DNA of 64,000 nt from positions 310,001-374,000 of the forward strand of contig OZ287080.1 in NCBI GenBank assembly GCA_965645245.1, written 5' to 3'. Numbering within the stretch: the first letter of the stretch is position 1; every line of letters starts with the position of its first letter. The notes under the pieces were generated by a model. It was not told where the DNA came from and made no database searches. It saw nothing but the letters and a program-made list of their open reading frames with translations. Made by a program: the position numbers and the translations under genes. This document shows positions 1 through 10,934 of this stretch, one piece after another. The stretch is from Massalongia carnosa. Lineage: Eukaryota.

Positions 1-221
1 AGGCTTAGGGTTGGAACATCCACTAGTCCGCATTGGGAGTTTGTACCCAGTTTTGATATTGGGCAGGAGTTTCGGTTATCACGCAAGTTTGATTTATTTT
101 CGGTTTCACAAGCAAGAGCTAGATATAGGGAGTTTGTTCGGGTTGATGGAGCATACAAGAGAAAGGGTGATAAGGTGCGCCCGGCGGAAAGATGGATTTC
201 TGACGGTTCAATGCCTGGGGG

Positions 222-3200
222 ATGCCTGATTGGAGAGAAAGAGCTTTGGAGAGGGAAAGAGCGATGCCTAGGTTGCCCAACGAAAAATATCCAGGGTGGT
301 TGATACCGAAATTCTCACGTATGGCGCGAGGAGCACGATTGACTCCAAAAAGATTGCAAAAGATTCGAGTAGGGGATGGGTTGTCCATGGAAGAGAGAGA
401 CCTTTTGGCCGAAGTCCTACACGGTAGGGAAGCTGCACTCGCTTGGGACTTTTCAGAGATGGGACTGGTCCGACCAGAAGTGGCGCCTCCGCAGGAGATC
501 CGTACGATCGAGCATAAGCCTTGGCAGCATCCTGGTTTCGCTATTCCAAAATCACTACAGGAGAAGACCATCGAAATGGTAAAAGAGCGCCTTGCGATCG
601 GAGCAATAGAACCTTGCCATGGTCATTATCGCAATCCTTGGTATGTCATAGGGAAAAAGGAGAACGGAAAATATAGGCTCATCAATGCTTGCACGGAAAT
701 GAACAGAGTTACCTTGCGGGACGCCACTTTACCTCCTATAGCGGACGATTTTGCTGAGAACTTCGCGGGATGTTCGGTAGCGTCGTTGGTGGACTGGTTT
801 TCCGGTTATGATCAAATTTCGCTAGACCTCAAGAGCAGAGACTATACAGCTTTTCAGACGGCACTAGGACTCATGAGGATGACTCGACTTCCTCAAGGAG
901 CCACCAATTCCGTGGGACAATTTGTTAGGATAAATAATCAAATCCTGCAGGCTCAGATACCTCATAATGCGGAACCTTTCGTGGATGATGTGGGAGTCAA
1001 AGGGCCCAAGACAAAGTATGACAATGAAATGGCCGCCCCTGGCATCCGCCGATTTATAAAGGAACATCTTCAGGCGCTGGACGAGGTTCTAGCCGATTAT
1101 GAGAGAGCTGGTGTGACTATCTCGGTGGCAAAATCACAATTTGCCATGCCTGGGATCCGTATTGTTGGTTATATTTGTGACTATGACGGTCGACATCCGG
1201 ATACTGCCAAGGTCATAAAAATTGTTGATTGGCCTCCTTGTCAGGATGTTACCGGTGCACGAGCTTTCATCGGTGTTTGCGTGTACTATCGTATATGGAT
1301 CTTTGAGTTTGCCATCGTCGCTGAGCCTATATACCGTCTGTTCAAAAAGAAGATCCTTTTTGTTTGGGGAGTAGAGCAACAGGAAGCCATGGATAAGCTG
1401 AAACTTGCGTTGACTACCTCTCCGGCACTGCGGTCGCTGGATTATTCGATAGGAGCTGGGTTCATCATTTTGGGAGTGGATTCGAGTGGTAAGGGATGGG
1501 GTGCCGTCTTGATGCAGGAGTGGGAGGGCAAGCGACACCCTTCGCGATATGAAAGTGGTATTTGGTCCGACACCGAAAAGTCCTATGATGCGACGAAGAG
1601 AGAGTGTAGAGGGGTCTTGAAGGCTCTCAAGAAGGTCCGCAACTATCTTTATGGAGTACATTTCTTGTTGGAGACAGATGCTTCGGTGCTTCTGGCTCAA
1701 TTAAATCGTGGAGGGACGGATTTGCCAGGTGCGCTTGTTACCAGATGGATAGCTTGGATTCAGCTCTTCGACTTTGACGTGAAGCACGTTGCGGGTAAAA
1801 AGCATACAGCAGCAGATGGACTGTCTCGTAAACCCCCTACCGAAGACGATATACGGGAGAGAGAGATGGAAGAAGACATAGAAGATTTTATTGATGCAGA
1901 ATTAGGCTCTCTAAGAGTTGCCCCTATTTCCGTTACAGACGAACTGCCCTTAGAGGAGAGTTATTCAGAAAAATCTCAACAAATCGCTGCCTATCTTACG
2001 AGTTTACAGAGACCGGCCGGCATGGGAAGGAAAGAGTTTTACAAGTTCAAGAAAGAAGCGATGAGATACTGTGTGCAGGGGAGAAAGCTATTTCGACGAA
2101 ACAACAAAAATGTCCCCATACGAAGAGTTGTAGATGACGACAAGGAGAGACAGGAGATTATGGAAAAACTACATGATGAGAGTGGTCACAAAGGGAGAGA
2201 AGGGACCTACCGTAGGATTGCTGACCGCTACTGGTGGGAGGACCTTCATGCTCATGTCAAGGCCTACGTACGAAGTTGCGAGAGATGTCAAATGCGGGAC
2301 CCTACACGGCAGGAAGAAGCTCTACATCCTACCTGGATAAGTCTTTGTTGGGCCAAAGTAGGTCTGGATGTTGTGTACATGCCTTCAAGGGAGGGCAAGA
2401 AGTTCCTGGTGGCTGCTAGAGATGATCTTTCAGGCTGGGTAGAAGCTCGGGCAATAGGAAATGCCAATTCGTTGTCGGTCGCTAGGTTCCTTTGGGAAGA
2501 TGTCATCTGCCGTCATGGTTGTTTTGGCCGCTTGATTGTAGATGGAGGGCCGGAAAACAAGGATTTAGTTGAAGAACTCACAGCGCGATACGGAATTAAG
2601 AGGGTCCAGGTGTCTTCTTATCACCCACAGGCCAATGGTATGATCGAGAGGGGCCATAGACCCATTGTTGATGCACTGTCCAGGATGACCGATGGAGGGT
2701 TGGGAAATTGGGTCGAGAACCTACCCGCTGTATTATGGGCTGACCGTTCCACTGTCAAGAGTACCACCGGCTTCTCCCCATATTATGTGACCTGTGGCAG
2801 TGAACCTGTTCTACCGATTGAGTTGGAGGTACCTACCTGGCGTATTCTTCCTTGGAGTGAGGTTCATACAACTGCCGAGCTATTAGCTATGAGAGCTCGT
2901 CAGCTTCAGAGGCGGGAGGAGGATCTTGAGGAAGCTGTGCATCATTTACAGCGCATGAGGATGGAAGGAAAAGAGGAGTTTGATGATGCGCACCTAATTA
3001 GAGCCAAAGAGCTAAAGAAAGGAGACTTAGTACTGCTCCATGACACCAAGAGAGATGCGGTGATGTCTACCTCCGTCAAACTGGCCTATCGATGGCTGGG
3101 ACCATACAGGATACATGAAGCTAAACCCGAGAAGGGGACATACCTTCTAGCAGAATTGGACGGGACGGTCTTGGCTAACACCTTTGCGGGCAATCGGTTG

Positions 3201-3347
3201 AAAGAATTCCACCCCAGACAAGACCTTACTCGTATTACGACTCCGGAGCATGACACAGAAGAAGTCACCATTGATCCCAGACAGCATGCAATTCCCGAAG
3301 GTTGGCCGTTAGCGGTAGTTGTTCCTCCGATCTCCGGCATAGCATAG
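222..3347 (+). CDS. Gypsy Pol (RT, RNase H, integrase); continues upstream in another frame
   Basis: Motifs LPQG and FVDD (RT), VDSS...RYES (RNase H), H-x4-H...CERC and the integrase D,D,E region (YHPQANGMIER). Frame 1 from position 1 reads ...YKRKGDKVRP...DGSMPGG and joins this ORF by a 1-nt shift in the G run at about 217-221. Confidence 0.93.
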   Translation: MPDWRERALERERAMPRLPNEKYPGWLIPKFSRMARGARLTPKRLQKIRVGDGLSMEERDLLAEVLHGREAALAWDFSEMGLVRPEVAPPQEIRTIEHKPWQHPGFAIPKSLQEKTIEMVKERLAIGAIEPCHGHYRNPWYVIGKKENGKYRLINACTEMNRVTLRDATLPPIADDFAENFAGCSVASLVDWFSGYDQISLDLKSRDYTAFQTALGLMRMTRLPQGATNSVGQFVRINNQILQAQIPHNAEPFVDDVGVKGPKTKYDNEMAAPGIRRFIKEHLQALDEVLADYERAGVTISVAKSQFAMPGIRIVGYICDYDGRHPDTAKVIKIVDWPPCQDVTGARAFIGVCVYYRIWIFEFAIVAEPIYRLFKKKILFVWGVEQQEAMDKLKLALTTSPALRSLDYSIGAGFIILGVDSSGKGWGAVLMQEWEGKRHPSRYESGIWSDTEKSYDATKRECRGVLKALKKVRNYLYGVHFLLETDASVLLAQLNRGGTDLPGALVTRWIAWIQLFDFDVKHVAGKKHTAADGLSRKPPTEDDIREREMEEDIEDFIDAELGSLRVAPISVTDELPLEESYSEKSQQIAAYLTSLQRPAGMGRKEFYKFKKEAMRYCVQGRKLFRRNNKNVPIRRVVDDDKERQEIMEKLHDESGHKGREGTYRRIADRYWWEDLHAHVKAYVRSCERCQMRDPTRQEEALHPTWISLCWAKVGLDVVYMPSREGKKFLVAARDDLSGWVEARAIGNANSLSVARFLWEDVICRHGCFGRLIVDGGPENKDLVEELTARYGIKRVQVSSYHPQANGMIERGHRPIVDALSRMTDGGLGNWVENLPAVLWADRSTVKSTTGFSPYYVTCGSEPVLPIELEVPTWRILPWSEVHTTAELLAMRARQLQRREEDLEEAVHHLQRMRMEGKEEFDDAHLIRAKELKKGDLVLLHDTKRDAVMSTSVKLAYRWLGPYRIHEAKPEKGTYLLAELDGTVLANTFAGNRLKEFHPRQDLTRITTPEHDTEEVTIDPRQHAIPEGWPLAVVVPPISGIA

Positions 3348-3627
3348 ACCGAGTGTGTGTGTGTTTCTGACTGTAGTCGTTCTTTCATGATGATTTTCCT
3401 TTGTATAAGTGAAGAAGTGAGAGTTTCCTTGGATTTGAACTTCACGTATTGACCAATTTCCTCCCTCACCTAAAGACGTAGCCATAAGAACTCCTCACGT
3501 CTTGTGTTCTCTCCTTCCTCAGCTTTCATCTTTTCATCAATCATCAGCAAAACTTTTACACCTAGTACAACTCCTCTCTTCTCATATTTACATCTGCCTT
3601 TCCATAACCTGATTATGTGTTCCCATC

Positions 3628-4246
3628 ATGACCTTCTCTGAGTTCCAGGTGGTCAAGATACGGGCCGGGGATAGAGAGTTCCCCACCCTAGATAGTGCGA
3701 TTGCCTACATGGGCACATTACCACCACCAGTACGCCTTCAGGCACAGGAGTTAGTGGCCGGGTCGCTAGAAGAAATGGGCGCACATTTTGAGGACACTGT
3801 AGCAAAATTCTGGGACTACTTAGAGTCCGATGGAACCATGAATGAACTGGTTACGGGGCGGAGTGGCCTGAGGGAGAGATTCGGATATGTGAAGACGGAG
3901 GCCGGGAAGTTGTGCGCCGGACACGGGGGGAAAGATAATGGGGGAAGCGAAGAGACAAGAAGAGGACGAGAGATGCGCATGCACGGCACCAGAAGAGTGG
4001 GTAGCAGACCTGGAGGGAGAGGGGGAGGGGGAATCGAGCTCCACCCGGAGTATCGAGCTCCTCTCCTTCCATCAGAATGGATCCATAGGTTTGTGTGTTC
4101 GTCACGTGAATATGCTTGCTGCCCTATTCGGACTAAAAACTCCTATCGAACCTAAGGAACAGGTGAGGCGGTTAACAAGGTTGTGGGCAGAAAGGAGGAG
4201 AGGGGTGGACCGCTTGCGGTCCATGCCCGAGACGGACACGTGGTGA
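3628..4246 (+). pseudogene. Extra ORF of unknown function between pol and the PPT of Gypsy A (probably frameshifted)
   Basis: ATG at 3628 follows a pyrimidine-rich leader. ORFs 3628-4155 and 3938-4246 overlap in different frames. No motif recognised. Confidence 0.4.
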
Positions 4247-4382
4247 GACTTGGGAGCGCCGCCGACTGGGTGGGCGGATAGTACAGGCAGACATTGATGC
4301 CAGGGGACGGCATCAATGGGGGTCTGTGGGTGTGTGATAGGGTGAATAGGGACAAGGGCAGGTGCTGAGGGGAGGGGGGGAT

Positions 4383-4634
4383 TGGTGTGGACGGAGCGGA
4401 GGGGAGGTTTTTCCGGGGCTGAGGCGCCTATTTTTCTATAGATAGGGGAAGTTTCACCCTCTAGACAGACAGGCAATCAACATTTTTCTTTCCTTCAGAG
4501 TCAGTATTCGTGTCCGAGTGACAGTGTCAGAGTGGCCGAGTCGTCACCGCCAACGTTCTGTTTGTTGTTTTCACGTGTGTTCCTTGTTTGCTTTCTGCCG
4601 GTCTTCTCTCCTTGAGGTCATCACGTATGCACCA
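4383..4634 (+). repeat. Candidate 3' LTR of Gypsy A
   Basis: Begins just after the PPT and has TGGTG/CACCA inverted termini. No partner LTR is in the window to confirm it. Confidence 0.4.
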
Positions 4635-4649
4635 CCCACGACTACCCCT

Positions 4650-4900
4650 CTTCAATATCTCGTTATAATATTGTTATCGAAATATCATAAATTTCTTGAC
4701 GAATTTTTCAAAGAAAAAGCTGGTAAATTCTTAAAACGACGTAGTCATGACCATAGAATTTGGTTTATGAAAAAAAAGAAACTCACGTTATAGAAGAAAA
4801 GAGCGCTGCAAGCAAGAATCGATGTAAGATTTCTACGATATGACTTCGACGAGAATCTCGTTTAAGACGTCAGATAACGGAGTTAATTCATATATAAAGA
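4650..4900 (+). pseudogene. Highly degenerate, AT-enriched Gypsy pol relic
   Basis: KYHKFLDEFFKEKAGKFLKRRSHDHRI resembles the pre-RT segment EYHSMIEVFLKHKADELPEHRKEDHEI of Gypsy B in this window. Confidence 0.55.
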
Positions 4901-4977
4901 GGTTATCTTTTCTATAGAACATTATTATTTATAATAGTAGCATAGCTACGCATAGAGCAATACATACAGCTTACATA

Positions 4978-5152
4978 TGTTACAGCTGTACTCAGTACTG
5001 CGGGCGCAATACATAGCGCCAAGGAGGTACGGTGACGTACCGGGTACGGGGTACCTACATGTAGTGTAATAAGCGGTGGTTGCTCCTGGGAGAACTACCA
5101 TAGTAGCCTTTTGGCTCAGTAGCCTAGGTGCCTTATTACCACCATTGTTACA
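4978..5152. repeat. Solo LTR (175 bp)
   Basis: TGTTAC...GTTACA termini flanked by the 5-bp direct repeat ACATA (4973-4977, 5153-5157). Confidence 0.7.
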
Positions 5153-5713
5153 ACATAAAGCATCTGAAATCGCGAGACACGAGATATACAATGATTATTA
5201 TTCTATTTATCTATTATATTAGATTGTTTGTTTTTATTTTTTATTTGTTTTAATCTTATGCATTTCTGTTATAGTTCAACTAGGATGTAATTGGCTATCA
5301 ACTAAGAAGTTATGAACCTGAAAATATCAAAGATGCAGAAAAGAAACAAGCAAAGGAAGTCCCCTTTAGGAGTCTATATAGATAATTGCTTGCCTCGACG
5401 CATCTGTTTGTCTACATCCTTCGGAAGTGTTCCGTGTGACCAAACAGTGTCTTTTACCTTTGATTCTTTCGTCCATCTATTTGGTTCGGAAGTGTTCTTC
5501 CGAAGTGTCCCTTTCATGCCTTTGTTGCCTCTACGGTTTGTCCCTATTCGCTTTGTGATAATAATCGGGAATAAGGTTTAGCGCCGCGGAGCTTTCGGCC
5601 CCTATGACCGCTTAATCTTGGATTAAGTGACGAGAGTGGTTAGCTTGTCGGCAGAAGCCGTATTCTCGTTAGTTCAATGAACCAGCCAGTGGTCGAATCG
5701 TGACATATGTTAT

Positions 5714-5875
5714 TACGCCGCGGAATGGGTTGGGTTTTGCCACAGTTGGGTAACCCAAGTTACTAATATTAGTATACTTTTAAGGGTTTAATTCTATGTA
5801 TAGTATACTAGTATACTAAATATAGTTGTTTGGGTTGGGTTTTCAAGGTCAGAACCCAACCCATTCCGCAGCGTA
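5714..5875. mobile_element. hAT-type MITE (162 bp)
   Basis: TIRs TACGCCGCGGAATGGGTTGGGTT / AACCCAACCCATTCCGCAGCGTA, with an 8-bp TSD TATGTTAT (5706-5713, 5876-5883). Confidence 0.9.
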
Positions 5876-5910
5876 TATGTTATCCAATCTGAAAGATCTC
5901 TGGAATTGGT

Positions 5911-6633
5911 CTAGACGCGTCTGAGCCTACGAGTTTCTTTCGTGATCACACTGCATTCATCATTCCAAAAGGGTTTGGCGTACTTGCTGGGTCTAGCCCA
6001 AGGTACGGCGATTTCTATGACTTCTTGAAGGAATTTTTGAATTGACACGGTGTAGGCGTCGATTTCGGCGGGGGATCGGGGGGTTCTCGGGGGGGGCGCC
6101 CTCTTTTCAGCTTCCCTCAATTTTTCCATGTCGGTCAGTTTCCATGCCCTACGTTCTCTGGTCGTTTGGGCCTCACTGTTCAGCGTGATTCGGGTGGAGA
6201 TCGTGACGTGATCGGATAATTGATTGAGTTCCGGCCTCGACATGCAGTGTTCTAGTCTCTCTGTTAATTCATCTGACATGAATACTAGATCTATCGTACT
6301 GAACGTCTGTCTAGCCTCCCACGTGACAGTGCCTTTTGGAAGTGTTAGTGCTAGGTTGTGTTCATCAGTTAAGTGCAGTAATTGCTCTGATTCCGCATGT
6401 TCAGTAGATCTTGTCGAGTGATTCCACAGTGGGTGATGTAGATTGAAATCGCCCAATAGGATATGTTTTTTTCTGCAATTTATTGACGTCTGAGTGTCGC
6501 TAGCGTGGACGGGCTGTCTATGGAGGAATAGGAAGTGGGGGAGGGAGGGATTATACACATTTTGAACATGAATCGCGTCCGATGTGTCTACAATTGTCGT
6601 TCGAATTTTTAGAGTGCAAATTTCGGCCGAGGG
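5911..6633 (-). pseudogene. LINE ORF2 fragment (APE endonuclease)
   Basis: NVYNPS, GDFNLHHPLW, STIDL and SDH motifs match the endonuclease at 12615. Truncated at both ends. Confidence 0.88.
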
Positions 6634-6924
6634 CTAAGATTGATTAAATAGAGCTGGCACCTCCTACGTAGAGTCTCTATCCTAGTTTTCGTTCATCCTA
6701 TTGATGAATTTCTACGATTGGGTTAGACGAAGTCCCTCTCGCCCAGGTCAATCCCAGTTTACTCCTTAAGCATATACCAAGGGCGAGCCTAGCCGTAGCA
6801 CAACCACCGGCGAGCCGGGGGTTCCCGTTACGAGCGGGATAAACATTCCCTGCTCTATATACATCGACATGCGCATATTGTCCTCTCGGGCTACGGTCTC
6901 CGTACGGTGGCCGCCATTGCATAC

Positions 6925-7130
6925 TGTCAGGGTCCTGGCCTGACCCGACATGCTCTGGTGGTCACGGGACAGCGTGACTCGCCTAAGCAGTAGCGCGCGT
7001 CGCTTGACTGGCTAGCGCACCACGTTAGATTATGTTTAGGAGTTCAGCGATGATTATTCTTTTCTATCCTTCCTTGTAGTTAAATTCTAGTTCATAGCTA
7101 CTGAATAATATCAGGGCAAGCTGCCTGACA
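6925..7130 (+). repeat. 5' LTR of Gypsy B (206 bp)
   Basis: Perfect 7-bp inverted termini TGTCAGG...CCTGACA, located 197 bp upstream of gag. Confidence 0.8.
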
Positions 7131-7326
7131 TTATATAACTACCTTTAAAGCTTATTAGAACTCTTCCAGTCTTCTAGAACTTTCAGTACATTTAGAAAGG
7201 GACAACGACCTGCTTCTTTAGCTTTCCAGAACGACCACTCGTGAGAATCCGAGCTGGTCCTCACTCCAGAACCTTTAGAACTTCCAGAATCGAAAGACAG
7301 AGCTCTTTCACCTCCAGAACACAGTC

Positions 7327-8931
7327 ATGAGTTCGAAAACTCCCCTGACTGCTCGAAAGGCCGGCGCTCCTCGCGAAGACGCTCAAGCAGGCCCTGCCTT
7401 TAACACTCGCGCCCGTTCCATGTCCCGTCATTCGGCTCGCTCTGATAGTATGCCAGGGACGTTCGAAGACTCTGAGCTTACACCCGGTGAGCAGATGGGA
7501 GACGAGACAGAATGCACACTAGAAAAGACCCCGAAGGCTGGGTCAGGAAATGAGAAGAAAGGGGCTCGCGAGATTGACATCTCGGAACATCCATACTACG
7601 AACGAGAAACTCGGAAACATCCCGCACGATACAAAATTCGCAACCTAGAAGACTTCCGAAATGCCGTCCTAGACGAGAACGAAGGTACTCGTTGGTATGA
7701 GTTTTTGTCTAGAGTAATTCCCTATGATAAAACACTGTACGAAAAAAGCTTCGCGCTTCATGAGAAGCTTATCAAGACCAAGAAGCATTTGGAACAATAT
7801 AAGCAGATTAATGACCGTTTCGCTGACGAAAAGGATGAAGACGAACGCCAAATCCTTCTTGCTCAGGAAGAGCTTTCGCATAAAGAAATTGAGTTGGAAG
7901 AAGCCCTCCAGGCCCAACGGGACTTACAGAAAGAGAAGGAGAAACTTGAGCGACGGCTAGCAGCTCCCGACTCCTCTCGTGGCCAACGGGAGGACACTGC
8001 TACAACCCAGAGCACCACTATAAATTCCCAGAACTGGCGTCCACGTGGCATTCACCCCAGCAAGCCTCTGAAAGGCGAAGACGCTGAGGAGTATAGTCCT
8101 TGGCAATACTCAGTCCGAAACAAGCTTAAGACCGATTCTCCGCTTTACGCCAACGAGGACGAAAAGGTCAGTTATGCTCTATCGCAAATGGAAGCGCCTA
8201 TCTTTGGGGCTATGCACTCCTAGGTCGTCGACATGGGCGACTCTCTCACTATTGACGCTCTGTTCGACGAGATCGAACATTATATGGGCATACATCTCCA
8301 GAGTCGAGATGCCAAGAAAGAACTCATCACCATCACAATGAAAAGTGGTGAAAGTGTAAGCTAGTACTATCATCGAATTTTTAAGCTTTGGCAAAAGGCC
8401 AAAACCCCCATCGACGAGAGGATAGAGAAGTTTCTTGTAACATTGAAGCCAAGCATCTCTAATTCACTGATGGGTTCAGTTTTCATCAACTTTCGTCTCT
8501 TGCTCGACGAAGCTAGGAGAATCGAAGATCGACGCAAGGATGTCGCTCACTACTTTCCTCGGCCAGAGAAGTCTAGTCCGTCAAAGAACTCTGGTCGCGA
8601 AGGCAAGTCCTCGAGTGGACAAACCTCCATTTCCGATTATCGTCAATCGAGTGCAAAAGAGAAGAAGTCGGGTGATCATCCAAACTCCAAGTTCAGCGCC
8701 ACGATAGTCAAACCCGCTGGTTGGATAGGGGTTTGGTACGATCCTGACCCCAACCCCAAAAAGTTGGAGAAGGAAGAGCGAGATACTTTGTTGCGTCAGG
8801 GACGCTGTTGGGCATGTCGGGGGTCAGGTCATCGAGGAAACGACTCGATCTGCCCTCAATTTAAAGAAAAAAAGCTTAACACTACAAGAATTGTTGAGAT
8901 AGACTCTGACTCCGAGTCGGGAAAAGCTTAG
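7327..8931 (+). pseudogene. Gypsy B gag with two in-frame stops
   Basis: One reading frame with TAG at 8221-8223 and 8362-8364. Contains a coiled-coil segment and a zinc knuckle CWACRGSGHRGNDSIC. Confidence 0.85.
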
Positions 8932-8958
8932 TCCTTGATCAAAATCGCGATCAAGGAC
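8919..8958 (+). promoter_or_regulatory. -1 programmed ribosomal frameshift signal (gag-pol)
   Basis: G GGA AAA heptamer (8919-8925), a 5-nt spacer, then a perfect 10-bp stem GTCCTTGATC/GATCAAGGAC. The -1 frame is open into pol. Confidence 0.8.
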
Positions 8959-10636
8959 ATCTTAAGAAAGATGTCATTTGTGAAATTGGTAGCGCTGAAA
9001 TGAAGACAGTAAGGGTCTCTAGTTGTGCTGTTCTCGATACTGAAAAGAAGATCGAGGGCAAGCATCTAGTATTTAAAACTAGCATAGCTGGAATTAAAAC
9101 TCGTTTACTTGTTGATAATGGAAGTGAGGCTGAGCTCATTGATGAATCCTTCGCGCGTGTAAATAAACTGAACACCTCTAAATTAGAAACGGGGGTTAAA
9201 CTGACCCTTGGAAACGGAGATGTTGCACAACTTCTCACGAGGACCGCCCTAGTCGACGTCAAAATTGGGGATCATCAAGAACAAGTCCTTTGCTATGTAG
9301 CAAAACTGGACGTGTACGCGATTATTCTAGGAGATGGGTGGCTACAAACTCACAACCCTAGCATTGACTGGAAAGAGCGAATTATGAAGTTTAACTCTGC
9401 CGATTGCTTGGAAATGGGATGCCTTTCGCGTGGAATAACCTGCACCGAATTTGCTGTTGGAAGTAGGGCAAAGAATAGGATCGGAACAAAAGACGATATC
9501 GAAGTCCTTCCGGTCAATGCGAAACATTTCTTTCGGATGGTTAGGAAGAAAGATCACGAGGGATACTTATGGACTCCCCGAGAACATAAGACCTTCTGTG
9601 CCACAACCACTGGGGCCGTCACCTCAAAGGATTATGACAAGTTTATGAAAGGCAAACCCGAGTACTCCCGCGAAGAATTGTTGAAGAAAGTCCCCTCAGA
9701 GTATCATAGCATGATAGAAGTCTTTTTGAAGCATAAAGCAGACGAACTACCGGAACATCGTAAGGAGGATCACGAGATCAACCTCATGGACGGAAAAGAA
9801 CCCCCTTATGTCAGGAACTATAAACCTATGTCAGAACAGGAGTTGGAAGCTGTCAAGAAGTATATTGACGAACATATGGGAAAGGGATTCATTCGTCCTA
9901 GTTCGTCGACAGCAGCTGCTCCAGTCCTTCTAGTTCGAAAACCAGGTGGTGGACTGAGATTTTGTGTGGACTATCGAGCCTTGAATGCCATCACAGTAAA
10001 GAATCGATATCCTATTCCCCTAATTAACGAGACGCTCGGAAAACTCTCGCAGGCAAAACACTTCACGAAACTAGACGTTATTACGGCATTCAATCTTCTT
10101 CGAGTAAAAGAAGGACATGAATGGCTTACCGCTTTTAACACAAGATATGGCCAGTTCGAATATCTGGTCATGCCTTTCGGTTTATGCAATGCTCCAGGGA
10201 CTTTTCAGAGTTATATGTAATTCTGTTCGGGAATATTTAGACGTCTTTTGTACTGCTTATCTGGATGACGTCTTGATCTACAGTGATAATGAGGAAGATC
10301 ATTCAGATCACGTGTTGAAGGTTCTTAAACGCTTGGGGGAACGAGGACTCCAAGTTGACATTGACAAATGTGAATTCTCGGTGACTAAAGTAAAATACCT
10401 CGGACTTATAGTCACCACTGAAGGAATACAAATGGATTCCGAGAAGATTGAAGCGGTTTTGAAATGGGAAACTCCGGAGTCCGTGAAGGACGTGCAAGCT
10501 TTTCTAGGCTTTGCAAACTTCTATCGACGATTCATATCAAAGTTTTCTCAGCGTACAAGGTCTCTGACGGAATTAACAAAAGGGGAACAAATAACGACCA
10601 AGTCGGGCAAGAAGAGAACCGATATAACGTGTTCAT

Positions 10637-10755
10637 TGTTAAATAAACAGTTGGCGGCATAATGTTGAAATTACTACGGAGGTGACTGCTTATAGCAGTC
10701 ATGGCAGCCTGCAGGGCTGAGCTAGAACTAATGGGGCTAAGCGAGTATTCCAACA
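10637..10755 (-). repeat. Solo LTR (119 bp) of the TRIM family at 40494-41383
   Basis: TGTTA...CAACA termini with TSD TTCAT (10632-10636, 10756-10760). It differs from the 41265-41383 LTR at one position that I could see. Confidence 0.93.
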
Positions 10756-10934
10756 TTCATCTGGACCGAACAAACAAAAACTTTCGCACTTTTTAGCTAG
10801 CACTAGAAATTGCATTCGTTACCCATACAAGCCCTCAATAGTCATTGTGATCACGTAGAATTGCTCCCCGACTCTGTAGCTATCTTGGCCGAAAGTTATA
10901 TCGTCCCTTCTGTTGTGGCTGCATTGTGGCAACC

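Larger units (their letters stand above)
1..4634 (+). mobile_element. Ty3/Gypsy LTR retrotransposon A, 3' part (runs off the left edge)
   Basis: Contains a pol ORF in RT-RNaseH-integrase order. A polypurine tract (GAGGGGAGGGGGGGA, about 4367-4381) precedes a candidate LTR TGGTG...CACCA. The right end is approximate. Confidence 0.8.
6925..10770 (+). mobile_element. Ty3/Gypsy element B, 3'-truncated
   Basis: 5' LTR, gag, protease and RT are present. It ends at the LINE junction; RNase H, integrase and the 3' LTR are absent. Confidence 0.88.
8919..10770 (+). pseudogene. Gypsy B pol (protease, RT), frameshifted and interrupted
   Basis: LVDNGS protease motif; RT motifs CVDYRALN, MPFGL and YLDD. 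Frameshifts near 10217 and 10620, and a solo LTR insertion at 10637. Confidence 0.9.

Noticed and set aside
5554..5705. Solo LTR or structured RNA gene
   Set aside because: TG...CA is present but there is no TSD or partner, and no recognisable tRNA or 5S features.
5725..5865. Telomeric repeats (GGGTT-rich; also 51085-51180 and 56780-56890)
   Set aside because: Not tandem TTAGGG. These are subterminal motifs inside TIR-bounded elements.
6634..6924. LTR-like segment between the LINE fragment and Gypsy B
   Set aside because: It is probably part of another element, but termini and TSD could not be defined.
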